64,000 nucleotides of DNA from Lama glama (Eukaryota): NCBI GenBank assembly GCA_028534125.1, contig CM052817.1:2358001-2422000 (forward strand), in the 5' to 3' direction. The notes beneath the pieces are model-generated. The model worked only from the letters and a program-made list of their open reading frames with translations, was not told the origin of the DNA and ran no database searches. The position numbers were made by a program, and so were the translations under genes. Below are positions 1-10,610 of the stretch, in pieces (positions within the stretch are counted from its first letter, which is position 1; every line of letters starts with the position of its first letter).

Positions 1-509
1 AGTCTCACTGGGAGAGACACCCCCTCCATGCCAGCCTCAAGGGAGGACCCAGGACAGTGGCTGCCGCTGTAACCCTGTCCCTAGCTCTCAATGGGGCTCC
101 CAGGGTAAGGGGAACACGCGTCGGTGCCTGAAGGTCCTTGGTCCCTACAGAAGAGGAAGGGGACCGTCGTGGCCAGGGAGAAAATGTCACCATTGGCAGT
201 GACTCCGGCACAGCCACCCTGGCACAGGGGTCCAATTTAACCTTAGTTTCTTGCAACCCAGCGCAGAGCATCTGGTTCAGTTCAAGCTTCTCTACCTCTC
301 TGCACCCCAGTCCCCAGCCCCCTGGGGCTCCCCTCCTCTCCCAAAGTGCCCTTTCTGAGGCCCTGAGGACCCTACTCTTCCTGGGAGAGAGCGTCTCCTC
401 CCAGGAAAGCCCCTCAGTGCCTCCGCTCCCCTCTGGTGAGGTGCCCCTGCAGTCTGACCACTTAACCCCAAGGTCCGGCCGCTTGGCCGCTGGACACACT
501 AAGCAACTC

Positions 510-670
510 CCAGCTGGTGACCTTGTGCAGGTCCCGCCCCTCTCTGAGGCTCAGTCTCCTCATCTGCAGAATGGGGGTGCAGACCAGCTCCACCCCGATT
601 CACAAAGAAGTCAGCACTCAAGCGCATCAGTGACCCCAAGCTGTCACTGGAGCTCTGTGAGAGGTTAATG
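510..670 (+). mobile_element. MIR SINE fragment
   Basis: GTGACCTTGTGCAGGTCC...CTCTCTGAGGCTCAGTCTCCTCATCTGCAGAATGGGG resembles the MIR core GTGACCTTGGGCAAGT...CCTCAGTTTCCTCATCTGTAAAATGGGG. Confidence 0.7.
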
Positions 671-1250
671 GCTCATTTGCATAACGAGCCCTGGCAATTA
701 GAATCCGCCCGGGTGCCGGGGCTGCAGGGAGACTGGTACTGAGGCCTGTCTTCCTGCTCCCTGGTCTGGTCCTCCTGCTCTTTGTGTGTCTGGTGCTGCC
801 GGGAGCAGCAGAGGAACCAGCTGTCACACTGCCCTGAGCACGTTTTAGAGAAAGGAGATGAAATCTGCGTGCATTTCCCCTGAATTGACTGCTGTCTTTC
901 TGTCCCTTTCTCAGGGGCCGGCAGGCGGCCTCCGGACTCCCTGGTGCCCCTTCCCTGCAGACGGTCCCTCCAGCGCCGGGTCCGCCTCACCTCTGGGTGG
1001 AAGGGGCGGGGAGGGGAGCCCAGCCTCTGGCTTCTGCCTTGTCTTTAGAAGCAGGACTGCAGTCCCCTGGCCTGGACACTTCAGATGTGTCAGGCCGGGG
1101 AATGTTCTAGACAAAGGGAACTAAAGAGAAATGACAAGAAAGGGTAAGGCAAGATCCTCAATTAAATCTTCAACTAAAGAAAACAGGGAAAAGGCACATA
1201 ATTTGGGGCAATTGGGGCAATTAGAATGGGGACTAGCATTAGACCCACGC

Positions 1251-1624
1251 TGTCTTAGCTCAGGCTGCCGGGACGGAGGCCCCAGACCCAGGGCTTAACC
1301 TACGGGAGCTTCTTTCTCGCGTTCTGGAGGCCGGACGTCCGAGATCAGGGGTGGCAGGGCGGGGTCCTGGTGCGGGGTCTTCCCAGGGAGGAGTCTCCCG
1401 GCTCGGCCCAGACCCCGACCTCGCGCTGAGCGCCCTCCTGCTGAGAGAGCCCTCTCTCCTCACTCTTCCTCTTCTTATGGGGCATAAACCCTGTCACGGG
1501 GGCCCCCAGGACCTCGTCTGAATTCAGTCACCTAACACCCCACCTCCTAATGCCGAATGCCCTCACCTTGGGGATCAAGGCTTTGACGTGTGAATCTGGG
1601 GGCAAAGACATTCAGTCCATAGTA
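1251..1624 (-). mobile_element. MaLR solo LTR, MLT1A-like
   Basis: Reverse complement starts TACTATGGACTGAATGTCTTTGCCCCCAGATTCACACGTCAAAGCCTTGATCCCCAAGGTGA, like the MLT1A 5' end. Length is about 370 bp. Confidence 0.8.
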
Positions 1625-1755
1625 ACTGCAGAGTGTCAACATTCAAATTGCAGATGTGGAATTTTTCAGGGTAAGAGAGTATGCTGGGTTTTAGGGGAAA
1701 CACAATGCCAGTAGCTTACTTTCAACATGGAGATACATATATATATACTTATGTA

Positions 1756-2263
1756 TGTCTAGGAATGAAAAACATGGCCAGCCATGTCAGTAAGCAAGGG
1801 ATGCTGCGGCCATCGAGCATCAGCCTCCACCGCCACCCCCAACAGTGAGCGGAGGGCAGTCAGGGTGCGGACAGGCAGGCAGCCCGGCCTCTGCGGCCCC
1901 TCCAACTGTGGCCCCCCCAGGGGTCTCGGGATGGGAAAGAGCAGGCACCGGTCCTGGGCAGCTAAGGTGCACATCAAAGGAACGGTTCCAGGGAGCCAGA
2001 CCTTTGCACCTTCCCACACACAGAAAAGCGCTGAATTCCTTGACTTGAGATGTCTGGTTCCCTTTAATTAACAAAAATCTTCTGATGCTCTGACTGCTTA
2101 GTCTTTGTTGCACAAGCTCCTCCATATCCTGGCTTCTCCCTTGACCCTTGGGAACAGTCCCTCAGAGCGATCTGAGAAGCTGCTTCTGGGCTCGAGTCCT
2201 CAGGAAGTCCACCAAATGACACATAACTCGGCCTCTAGGGTGTGCACTTTATCTCAGTTGACA
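1756..2263 (+). mobile_element. ERV1-class solo LTR
   Basis: TG...CA termini (TGTCTAGGAATG...CAGTTGACA). Flanks TGTA/TATA are compatible with a 4-bp TSD. There is a decayed polyA signal near 2215, and the internal sequence resembles laurasiatherian ERV1 LTRs ending in GTCGACA. Confidence 0.7.
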
Positions 2264-3124
2264 TATATATACAGAGAGAGAGAGAGGTCAAATGTGACGG
2301 GTGGTTAACGTAAGTGATGGTGGGTGTTTATTATATTATTCTTTCCATTATTCGGTAGGTTTGAATATTTTCAGAATAAAAAGCTGGATGAAAACAAAGA
2401 GGACTCTACATTATATACAGATCTGAGCTGGTGGTTAACCCTCCTGTCGGCCCCAGGACCTGTGTGACGGGGCCCCGAGGCCATTTCTCCCCAGAAGCCC
2501 GTGTGTGGGTCAGCCAAGGGTGGAGGAGAGGGGCTCAGTGGGAAGGTCGCTGAAGGGACTGGGCAGGGACACGAAATGGAGGTCAACCTGGACTTGGGGG
2601 TCAGCCTGGCTCAGGGACACACAGACAGAAAGGGCCCTGGGAGATTCCTCCAGCCAAGGTCAGTGGAACCCTGCAGATGCATGAGCTGACTAACGTGTAT
2701 TTGTGCTGCTGAGGTTTGGGGGCTGTTTGTCACGCAGCATTATTATGCCCATTGCTAATGGACGCAGGGTCCCCTCTGCCACCCCAGAACACAGACACAC
2801 CTGCCCACCAGTGGGCAGGGGCACCAATGTCAGCCCCGCCCACTTCTCATGCTCCTGTATTTCCAGAGCATGTCCTCTGTGCCACACGGGCGCAGTGCCA
2901 CCTCTTTCCTCTGTCCAACCCGCTGAAGGCCAGCAGTCTGGGCAGGAGGTCTGATCCTCCCCGAGACACAAGTGAACAAAAGGAGGGTCATAGTGAGAAG
3001 GTTCTCCTTCCTCCTGGTGAGGATGGGCATGACCTGGATGATAACCGTGGTGGCCCCCGGGCCGTGCAATCAGCGCTGTGTGCTAACTTCTCCCCTCGTC
3101 TCAGCCTTGGCGCCGCCCCAGCCC

Positions 3125-3185
3125 GTCAGGTGCTGACCCTGTCAGGTGCTGAGAGCGTCAGGTGCTGATGGTGTCAGGTGCTGAC
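3125..3185. repeat. 16-bp-period array: 4 x GTCAGGTGCTGA with 4-bp variable spacers
   Basis: Identical 12-mers at 3125, 3141, 3157 and 3173, separated by CCCT, GAGC and TGGT. Confidence 0.95.
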
Positions 3186-3839
3186 GAGGGGTGAGGGGTG
3201 ACACCTTGCTAACGTCACTGAACACCGCGCGGTGTAGAACCCCAAGCATGAAGCATCCTCACGGTTCACACACCCCTGGGCTGCTGTGCGCAGATGTGCA
3301 CGGATGTCTCGTCTCATGCAGGTGAGCATCTGGAAAGATCAGGACATACAAGCTACAGTGGTGACAGAAGACATCTCCGGGAGGAGTTCCAGGTGATCTT
3401 TATTTTCTTCCCCATATTTTTGCATGTTGCCAATGTTCTCGACAATCAACGTGCTACCTGCGAAATCAGAAACAGACACGCAGAGCAGGGAGGGGCTTGT
3501 GGATGCGCTCTGGTGGGGTCAGCACCGAGGCTGGCTGGCCTTGGGTCAGGCTTCGGGCCGTAGCTCCCAAGTTTAGGGAGAGGAACAGATTTGAAGAGGC
3601 CGGAAGGTGGAGGGTTCAGGCCCAACTCCACCCCGGCTGAGACTGGTGACCCTGGGCAGGTCCCTGCTCGTCTGCTGATGAGCCTGAGACGCCTGGCTAC
3701 AGAATGAGGGGCTCACCCGGCCTCTCACCCACCAGGCGCCGTGATGACCCACAGGGCTGCCGGATGTGGGGCCTCACTCCAGGAGCGGCTCCCTCCAGCC
3801 CCGACCCCTGTGATCTTGGGGTGCAAGCACGCCCACTAG

Positions 3840-4260
3840 GAGTGTGGCCGCCCCCCACGCCCGCGTGGGCCCAGCTGGTCTGCAGTCGGCCCTGCAGCCC
3901 TGGGGTGGCCGCCCAGCGCGGTGGCCGCGCGGCGCCGGGCTCCCCGGGTCCAGGCGCTGTGAGGGGCTGAGTTACCGGGACGAGCGAGGGGAAAGCCAGG
4001 CGGATGTGCGCGCACCGGCAGACGCCAGCGAGGACCGGCCGCCTCGGCGCCGCGAGGCCAGCTGCGGACCCTGCGGCCTCCGAGGCCCCGGGACTCTGCC
4101 TGCGGGTTCGCATCTTGACTGTGAGTAATTGTAGGCGGGCTGCTGCGCCCCCTGTGTGGTGGGAGGAGAAACGGAGCACCCAGATTGCGTTCCTTCCTTC
4201 CCTCCAACCACGCGGTCATCGGCCCTCGCTGTCAGAGAGGAAGAGCCCTCAGCAAGCTTC
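3840..4260. promoter_or_regulatory. Small CpG-island-like segment with + strand splice donor
   Basis: Dense CpG, palindrome GTGCGCGCAC at 4006-4015, and ACT|GTGAGT donor at 4121-4126. Confidence 0.5.
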
Positions 4261-7200
4261 TGCCCCAAGTTCCCGTCGCAAGTGGGGGAACCGAGCCCTT
4301 GGGAGCCGCCAGAGTCCTCCCTGGACAGCAGATGAGTCTGGGAGGAGCAGGGGTGAAAGTCAGCTCGTCCCAGGGCATGACCTGGACTGGCCACTTAACC
4401 TCCCCAAGTCCAGGTGGGGAATTCCGTGGTGGCCCCTAGCCCTGTCCTGTGGGCACTCACAGCTTCCTCCGTCCCTCTCCCAGGTCAGGAGCCTCTCGCT
4501 GGGGCAGGCCTGCCCGCCGGCCCTGAGTAATGAGCGGCCTCTGGTGTGAGTGCTGGGCTCTTGAGAAGTGACTGGCAGGTGCCACCCGCAGCCCGTGGGG
4601 AACTGAGGCCTCCGTCTTCCTCTTGTGTGAACTCCCCTGCAGGTGAGCACAGCCGTCTAGGTCCAGCGATGGCCTCAGCCGCCCAGCTGCCCTGAGAGCC
4701 CCTCCCTGCCCAGCTCAGCCGCCAGGGTGGTGAGCGTGCCTGTAGGTGCAAGGGCCTTTCCATCCTTTTGCAGGCGGGACAGGGCCTCCTCGAAACCCTC
4801 ACCAGATCCAGGCCCGTCCACACAAGTCCCCAGATGTCCTATTCCGACATGTGAAGGGAGACAAAGCCACACACGCAACAAGGAGACACACCCAGAAAAG
4901 GCTGTGACTGAGGAAAGCAGCAACCTGGGTAGCTTCCTGGAGGTGGCGCCCCTTGGGCTGGAGGTGAAGGTCTAGAGCAGCAGAGGGAACAGCACGTGCA
5001 CAGACCTGGAAGCAGGGGCCGCCCAGGTGAGGCGGGGGGCCTCGGGGCCCAGGGAGTCATGGAGATGGCTGGTGCGGACACTAGGTCACAGAGATGGTGA
5101 CCATCACACGAGCACAGGTGTGAAGTGGAGACACAGGAGCTGCACAGGGTCTGGATCCCCCAGCACCTTAAGCTGAGGATCCTTCCTGCCTCCGATTCCT
5201 GCTGCCCCGGGCTGTCCCATGAACGCTAGGCAACCCATATCTCAATCCTTAAAAAAATTTTTTTGGCTACACTGAGGTCACGCTGATTTAATCCATTAAT
5301 TCCGCAAATCGCTGAGTTGATGCCTGATTACAACCACACAAGGCTCCGACAGCACTGAGAGCTGGGCTCCGTTGCCCCCTTTCCTGGGCACTGAGCTGGG
5401 TGCAGAGATGACATTACAGCCCCGGCAGCAGAAGGGGCTCGGGGTCTGTCCCCTCCTGGGAGGTTCAGCAAAACAAGCCGACGCAGGTGGAGGGGCAGGG
5501 GGCCCGGTTGGGCAGCTCAGGGCCCCACAGCCCTGCAGGCACCACCCCACCTCCCGTCTATTTGTCTGTGGCCCCCTAATCAGCACTCCCATAGACAGAG
5601 GCCTCTTAATCCCTCCTCTGTTTGGAGAAACTTTGGCCCAACTTGACTGAATGACTCGACAGACGTCACTCTGTAGTCACACAGCCTGGCCAGTGGCCTC
5701 TCTGGGCTCCACACCCAGTTGGTGACCAACTGCCTGGTGGCTGGAGGGGAGTTGAAAGGAGACTTCCCAGCAGAGGCTGGCCTGGGAGCTGTCCCCTCTG
5801 GAGAGCGGTGGGGCTCTCCCCCAACGTCCCCCACCAGCCTCTCCAAGGGATCCAGGGGGACTGAACTTGAAGGGGGGGCCCTCCTAGGGGAGTCACAGGC
5901 ATAGCCAGGCCAGCCTGCGCTCAGCCTCCTTTAGCTGCTGGCAACTAGATGGGGCATGTTGTCCACGGGCAGGGGGTCCAGGCAGTGGGGGGGGGTGGGG
6001 AGGAGTAGGGGGCAGGGAGCGAGAGCTGGCTTTGGAAGAGAGGCCTCCCCGTGAGCTCTGGCCTGAGGCTGGCTGCGTGGGGGAGGCGGGGGTCCAGCCA
6101 GCTCCCCAGAGCCAGCAAGGGATGGACCCATCTCCCGGCCTCTGATCCCCTGACTGGCGGGGAGGAGGGATGGCGGTCGGGGCCCGAGTGGCTCTAAGCG
6201 CTCCGTGTGCGGAACCTGGTTCCGGCCTCACAAGGGCCCCCAGAGAGGAGGTGACACTGCCCTCCCTGCACAGATGACGAAGCAGGGTCAAGCACCCTGG
6301 AGACGTGCCCACCACACAGACATCAAGTGCACTGGGACTTGGACCCCGGCCCCCCGGCCGCGAGGGTCTGCCTGAGGGCACTTCACCCCCAGTAAGTCGG
6401 CATCTTTGATTCCAGACTCTGTCCTCTGCCTTTTCACTTTGCTAGACCGTGACTCTTCCGGGCTCTGGTGGATGGTGGCAGCCCAGCCCCTGAGCCCCCT
6501 TCAGAGTCTGCTTGGGGGTGGGGCCCTTGAGAGGTGTTGGCTGTCTGGGTTTGAGCGGCGACCATTTGTCACACTTTTGTTTATCTGTGTCCCCCAAAAG
6601 AAATGCTTACCAAGCACCTGCAGTACCATTGCCAGTACCATTCCGGACGAGGGCCCTGGCGGGGAACAAAGCAGAGCCCTGCCCTGTGGACGGCAGCCTC
6701 CCCCGGGACCAGTGGACAGCGGGGTGCCCTGCAGGCCGTGGGTGTGAGGGCTCTGTGAACTCGAGGGGTGAGCCAGCCAGGAAGATGACACCTGAGCCAA
6801 GACTTGAAGGAAGAAAGTGACGTGGATGTGGGGTCGGGGGTTCAGACAGAGGGTGGACCCAGTCTGGGGGGCACAGTGGGCTGGCGTGGAAACTGGGGCA
6901 GGGGGTGTGAGGCAGGAGACGAGGTCTGAGGTCTGACTGCTGACCACCCACAGAGCCAGGCCACGCAGGGCCTCTAGGCTGCAGTGAGGATGTTGGCACC
7001 TGCTCCCTCCTGTTCCTCCAGGGTCTTGAGAGGGGAGGGTCGTGGTTCAACTCACCTCCCAAGGCCCTGGCTGCTGCCTGAGAACAGATGGGCAGTGGCC
7101 AGGAGGCAGACTGCAGGCTTCTGCCGTGGTCCAGGTGAGAGCGGAGGGGGCTTGGGCCAGGTGGGCACAGCGGAGGGGTGGGGAGGGCCCAGACTCTGAA

Positions 7201-9294
7201 TTCTGGATGCCAAGCAAACAGGCAACAGCTTGGCTTCAGGGTATGAGAAAAAGAGGGGATGAGTAGCAGGGGCTGTGGAGAGAGGGGCAGAGGTGGCTCA
7301 AGACGGAGCCCTGGCCTCCAAAGGTCAGAAGGAAGAGGGCAGAGAACAGAAGGGGAGTGGGGGGAGGGGCAGCTGGAGTGGCAGGAAGCGGACCAGGACC
7401 TGGCAGCCAGAGGAAGGCGGGGTCCCAGAAGAGTGATGCCTGCAGGCAGTGGTGGGAGGCTGTGGCCCTGCAGAGCTGGCCCTGGCTTTGGCAGAGTGGG
7501 GGTCGCTAGGTGGTTTCTGGTGGAGAGGTGGGAGCTCACGTGCCCAGCTTGGACCCAAGACAGGAGAAAACTCGGAGCGGGCTTTCCATGAGTTTTGCTG
7601 CAAAGAGGAGCAGAGACCTGCAGAATGGCCCGGGGGGAGGTGGAGTCTGGAGGAAGGTCCGCTGGTTTGCTTTTAAAGTTGCACTAATGCAGATGTGCGG
7701 TGACGGGAACCACTCGGGGGAGCAGCGCTGCCCTGCAGAAGGTTCTCGAGGGACTGGAAGGTTGGAAGACAAAAAAGACGTGGGGTGAGGGGGTGGGCTG
7801 CAGGCAGAAGGGATGAGGGCTGCAGGCCTGGTGTGGAGGCTGGGACGGGAGCGGCCAGGACGTGTCAGACTGGGCTGCACTTCGGCCTCTGCTTGTTCAG
7901 GTCCTGCAGCCCCTGACCGTCCGAAGGTGGGCACGCGCTGTCCACAGGCACGTCCTGGCGGTGGGCAGGACCCCTGGCCTGGTCGCTGTCTGCTGGGGCT
8001 CTGGATGGGTGTGGCGGGTGAGCTGGCACCCACCCAGGTCCACGGGGGCCAGACGGGCAGCTCCTGGGCTGTTGAATTTAGGGGACTGTGAGCAACCCTC
8101 GCCTTCCTGTCAGGAGAAGGGGACCAGCTGAGGGACTAGACACAGGTGCAGGACCCAAAGCCTGATTTCTGACCAGGTAGATTGGTGCCTGCGGCTCGGG
8201 AAGGGACCAGCTGGACGACTGGCCCTGCCGCCTCCTGCCTCGGTCCTGGGCCAGAATCAGCCCACTTGTCTGAATCACCATCTGTGCCCTTCAGGCAGAA
8301 ACTACAGAAAACACCGACCTGCCCCCCGCGCCCGCCCAGGACGCGAAGCTTTCAGCTCTAGACCTCACGGGGCAAGGACGGGGCCCACCTGGCCACACTC
8401 CCCTGCAGAGATGGGAGCGCAGTGGGGAGGCAGGAGGGGAGCCAGGCTCTGTTCTGCCTGGGGAGTGGGTCCCCCCACAACCCTCGTGTCCCTTACAGGC
8501 GTGTGTTCACAACCAGACGCTGATGGGCAGCTGGGGTGGGGGCGGCATCACCACCCCCCATACTATTATTTTCCCCATTTCACAGAGTAGGAAGCTGAGG
8601 CTGGGGCTCCCTGTGGTCTGCGGTCACAGCCGTCCACTCCCTGCTTCCCACTCTCGCCTGCATTGTGGCTCAGTGTCACCTCTGCCCCGATATCCTGGCG
8701 GATCAGCATTGTTCAGGAGAGGGAAACATCTCTGTGTTTCATTTCCTCTCCATTGTAGGAGGACGAACGCCCTTGGCCAGCCTGCAGGACTAGGCCTCCC
8801 GCTCCCCTCCCTGTGATTCTGGATATTAAAACCACCACCGCCTGGGCTGGAAATACGCCGATGAGAACATTTCCTTTAATGAGCCCAGCATCAGAGAGCA
8901 GCCCAGACCGCGGCTCTCTGTGCAGCCCTGGGTGACGGGGGCAGAGTGGGAGACCAGCCCTACCACGCCCTGGGCCAGCACAGACTCCCCTTGCCCCGTC
9001 ACCCAACCCCGCTTGGCGACCCAGGCAACAGTGCAGCCTGGCCCACACTGCAGGGTAGAGTTGGCTCTCTGGGTCTGAATGTCAAATTCTCCACCGATGC
9101 TGGGAAGTTCTGGGCACAGGACGTAACCTCCCCGGCGTCCACACCCTGCAGCCCTCCACCCTTCTTGCTTGCTGGCAGGGCCAGATTTTATTGGGTGTTC
9201 CCCATCCCACTGCCAATGACTTTGGGAAGGGGGCATGCCCCCTTCCCAACTTCAGGGGTATATCCTACACAGTGGAAACACTTCTGGTGGCCTA

Positions 9295-9660
9295 TGTTCT
9301 GAGCACTGAGTTCTGGCCACTAAGATGGGAGTGGAGGCTACTGGGGGCTCCAGGGAAATGTTTCCTTCCTCTCAAAAAGGCCCAGGGAAAGATGATCTCT
9401 TCTTCCACTAAACATGACCACATCTGCTGTGATTTCCGGAGCAATGGCAGCCACCCTGGGGCCATGAGGAGGATGGCTCTGAGGTCAGAGGAGAGAGGTG
9501 GGAAGAACCTGGGTTTTTAATACTCTTTCTATGCCTCTGAAATCTCCATCTCTGGAGCCAGGCCCCCTCAGAACTTCCTGTTCCGTGAGTTAAAACTTAG
9601 TCCTTATTGTTTACAACATTTTGAGATTTTTTTTTTCTATTTGTGGCCAAAGTATTCTGA
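9295..9660 (+). mobile_element. Old MaLR LTR fragment (MLT1J/K/L-like)
   Basis: Motifs GAGTTCTGGCCACTAAGATGGGAG, GGAGCAATGGCAGCCACCCTG, GGAAGAACCTGGGT and CCTTATTGTTT are typical of old MLT1 LTRs. Confidence 0.6.
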
Positions 9661-10212
9661 TGTTCTCAGGATCCTCATCTGTAAAAGGGGATCATAAACC
9701 ACCTAAAATGTCTCCTTCTCAAATAAAATAAAGCCCAGAACTTCCCAAATTGGCAGTGGCAGGAGTCCCATCTGTCTGTCTGTCACCTGTGCATCTGTGC
9801 ATCTGTGTATCCATCATTATCACCCCCACCCCAGTCACTTGCTCACCTCTTGGTCCTCCTTTCCTGCTCTCCTGCCTTGCTTCCTCCTGCGCCCAGTGGT
9901 AACCCCAAGGTTCCTCCCTTTCCTGGAAAGTCAGCCGGGAAGACTGTTCCCGGAGAGGGACCTGTGAGGATTTCCAGGGCCACCCGGCACCCACCCGCGT
10001 GGCTGCCAGCTTGGCTCCATCAGAGGTATTTGAGTCATTTTGGCCTCTCCCCACAGTGGCCAGAAGTCTGGACTCTGAGGTGAGTAGGCCCCCTTGCTTT
10101 CTGGGGTCCCTGGTTGTCACTGGTATGACCCCTGGAGTGCAGACTCCGAGGAGTAGTTTGGGGAGCAGGACGTTTATTTGCGGATGGCTTGGAGTCTGGA
10201 CTGAGGGAGGGA

Positions 10213-10610
10213 AGTGTGGCTGAACGCAGAGCCCAGATGAGATGGGTCCATGTCCCAGACCGCGAACCTGTGAACATGACCTTATGTGGAAACTGGGACT
10301 TTGCAGGTGTGACTGGGTTACCCAGGCGATCCCTGGATTCAGTGACAAGTGTCCTTATAGGACAGAGGAGGGGAGACCCAGAGGGGAGGCCGTGTGAAGA
10401 GGGAGGCAGAGCCCTGTGACGCGGCCACAAGCCCAGGACGCCTGGAGCCCCCAGAGGCTGGAAGTGGCAGGAAGGAGCCACCTCCCAAGGGCAGAGCCCT
10501 GCCCGCACTTGACTTTGACCTGCAGCCTCCAGAGCCATCAGAGAGTGGATGCTGCTCAGAGAAGCCCCTCATTTGGGGTGCTTTATCACCGCAGCCCCGA
10601 GACATTAATC
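10213..10610 (+). mobile_element. MaLR solo LTR, MLT1B/C-like
   Basis: GAACCTGTGAACATGACCTTATGTGGAAA...GACTTTGCAGGTGTGA...GTGTCCTTATAGG...GCCTCCAGAG. Confidence 0.8.

Larger units (their letters stand above)
1150..2390 (+). mobile_element. Ancient L1 (L1M-type) 3' fragment, split by two LTR insertions
   Basis: AT-rich pieces TTGGGGCAATTAGAATGGGGACTAGCATTAGA (about 1212-1243) and GTGTTTATTATATTATTCTTTCC...GTTTGAATATTTTCAGAATAAAAAG (about 2324-2382) resemble old L1M 3' ends. Confidence 0.5.

Noticed and set aside
3125..3185. CRISPR array
   Set aside because: Repeats of 12 bp and spacers of 4 bp are far too short, there are no cas genes, and the context is mammalian.
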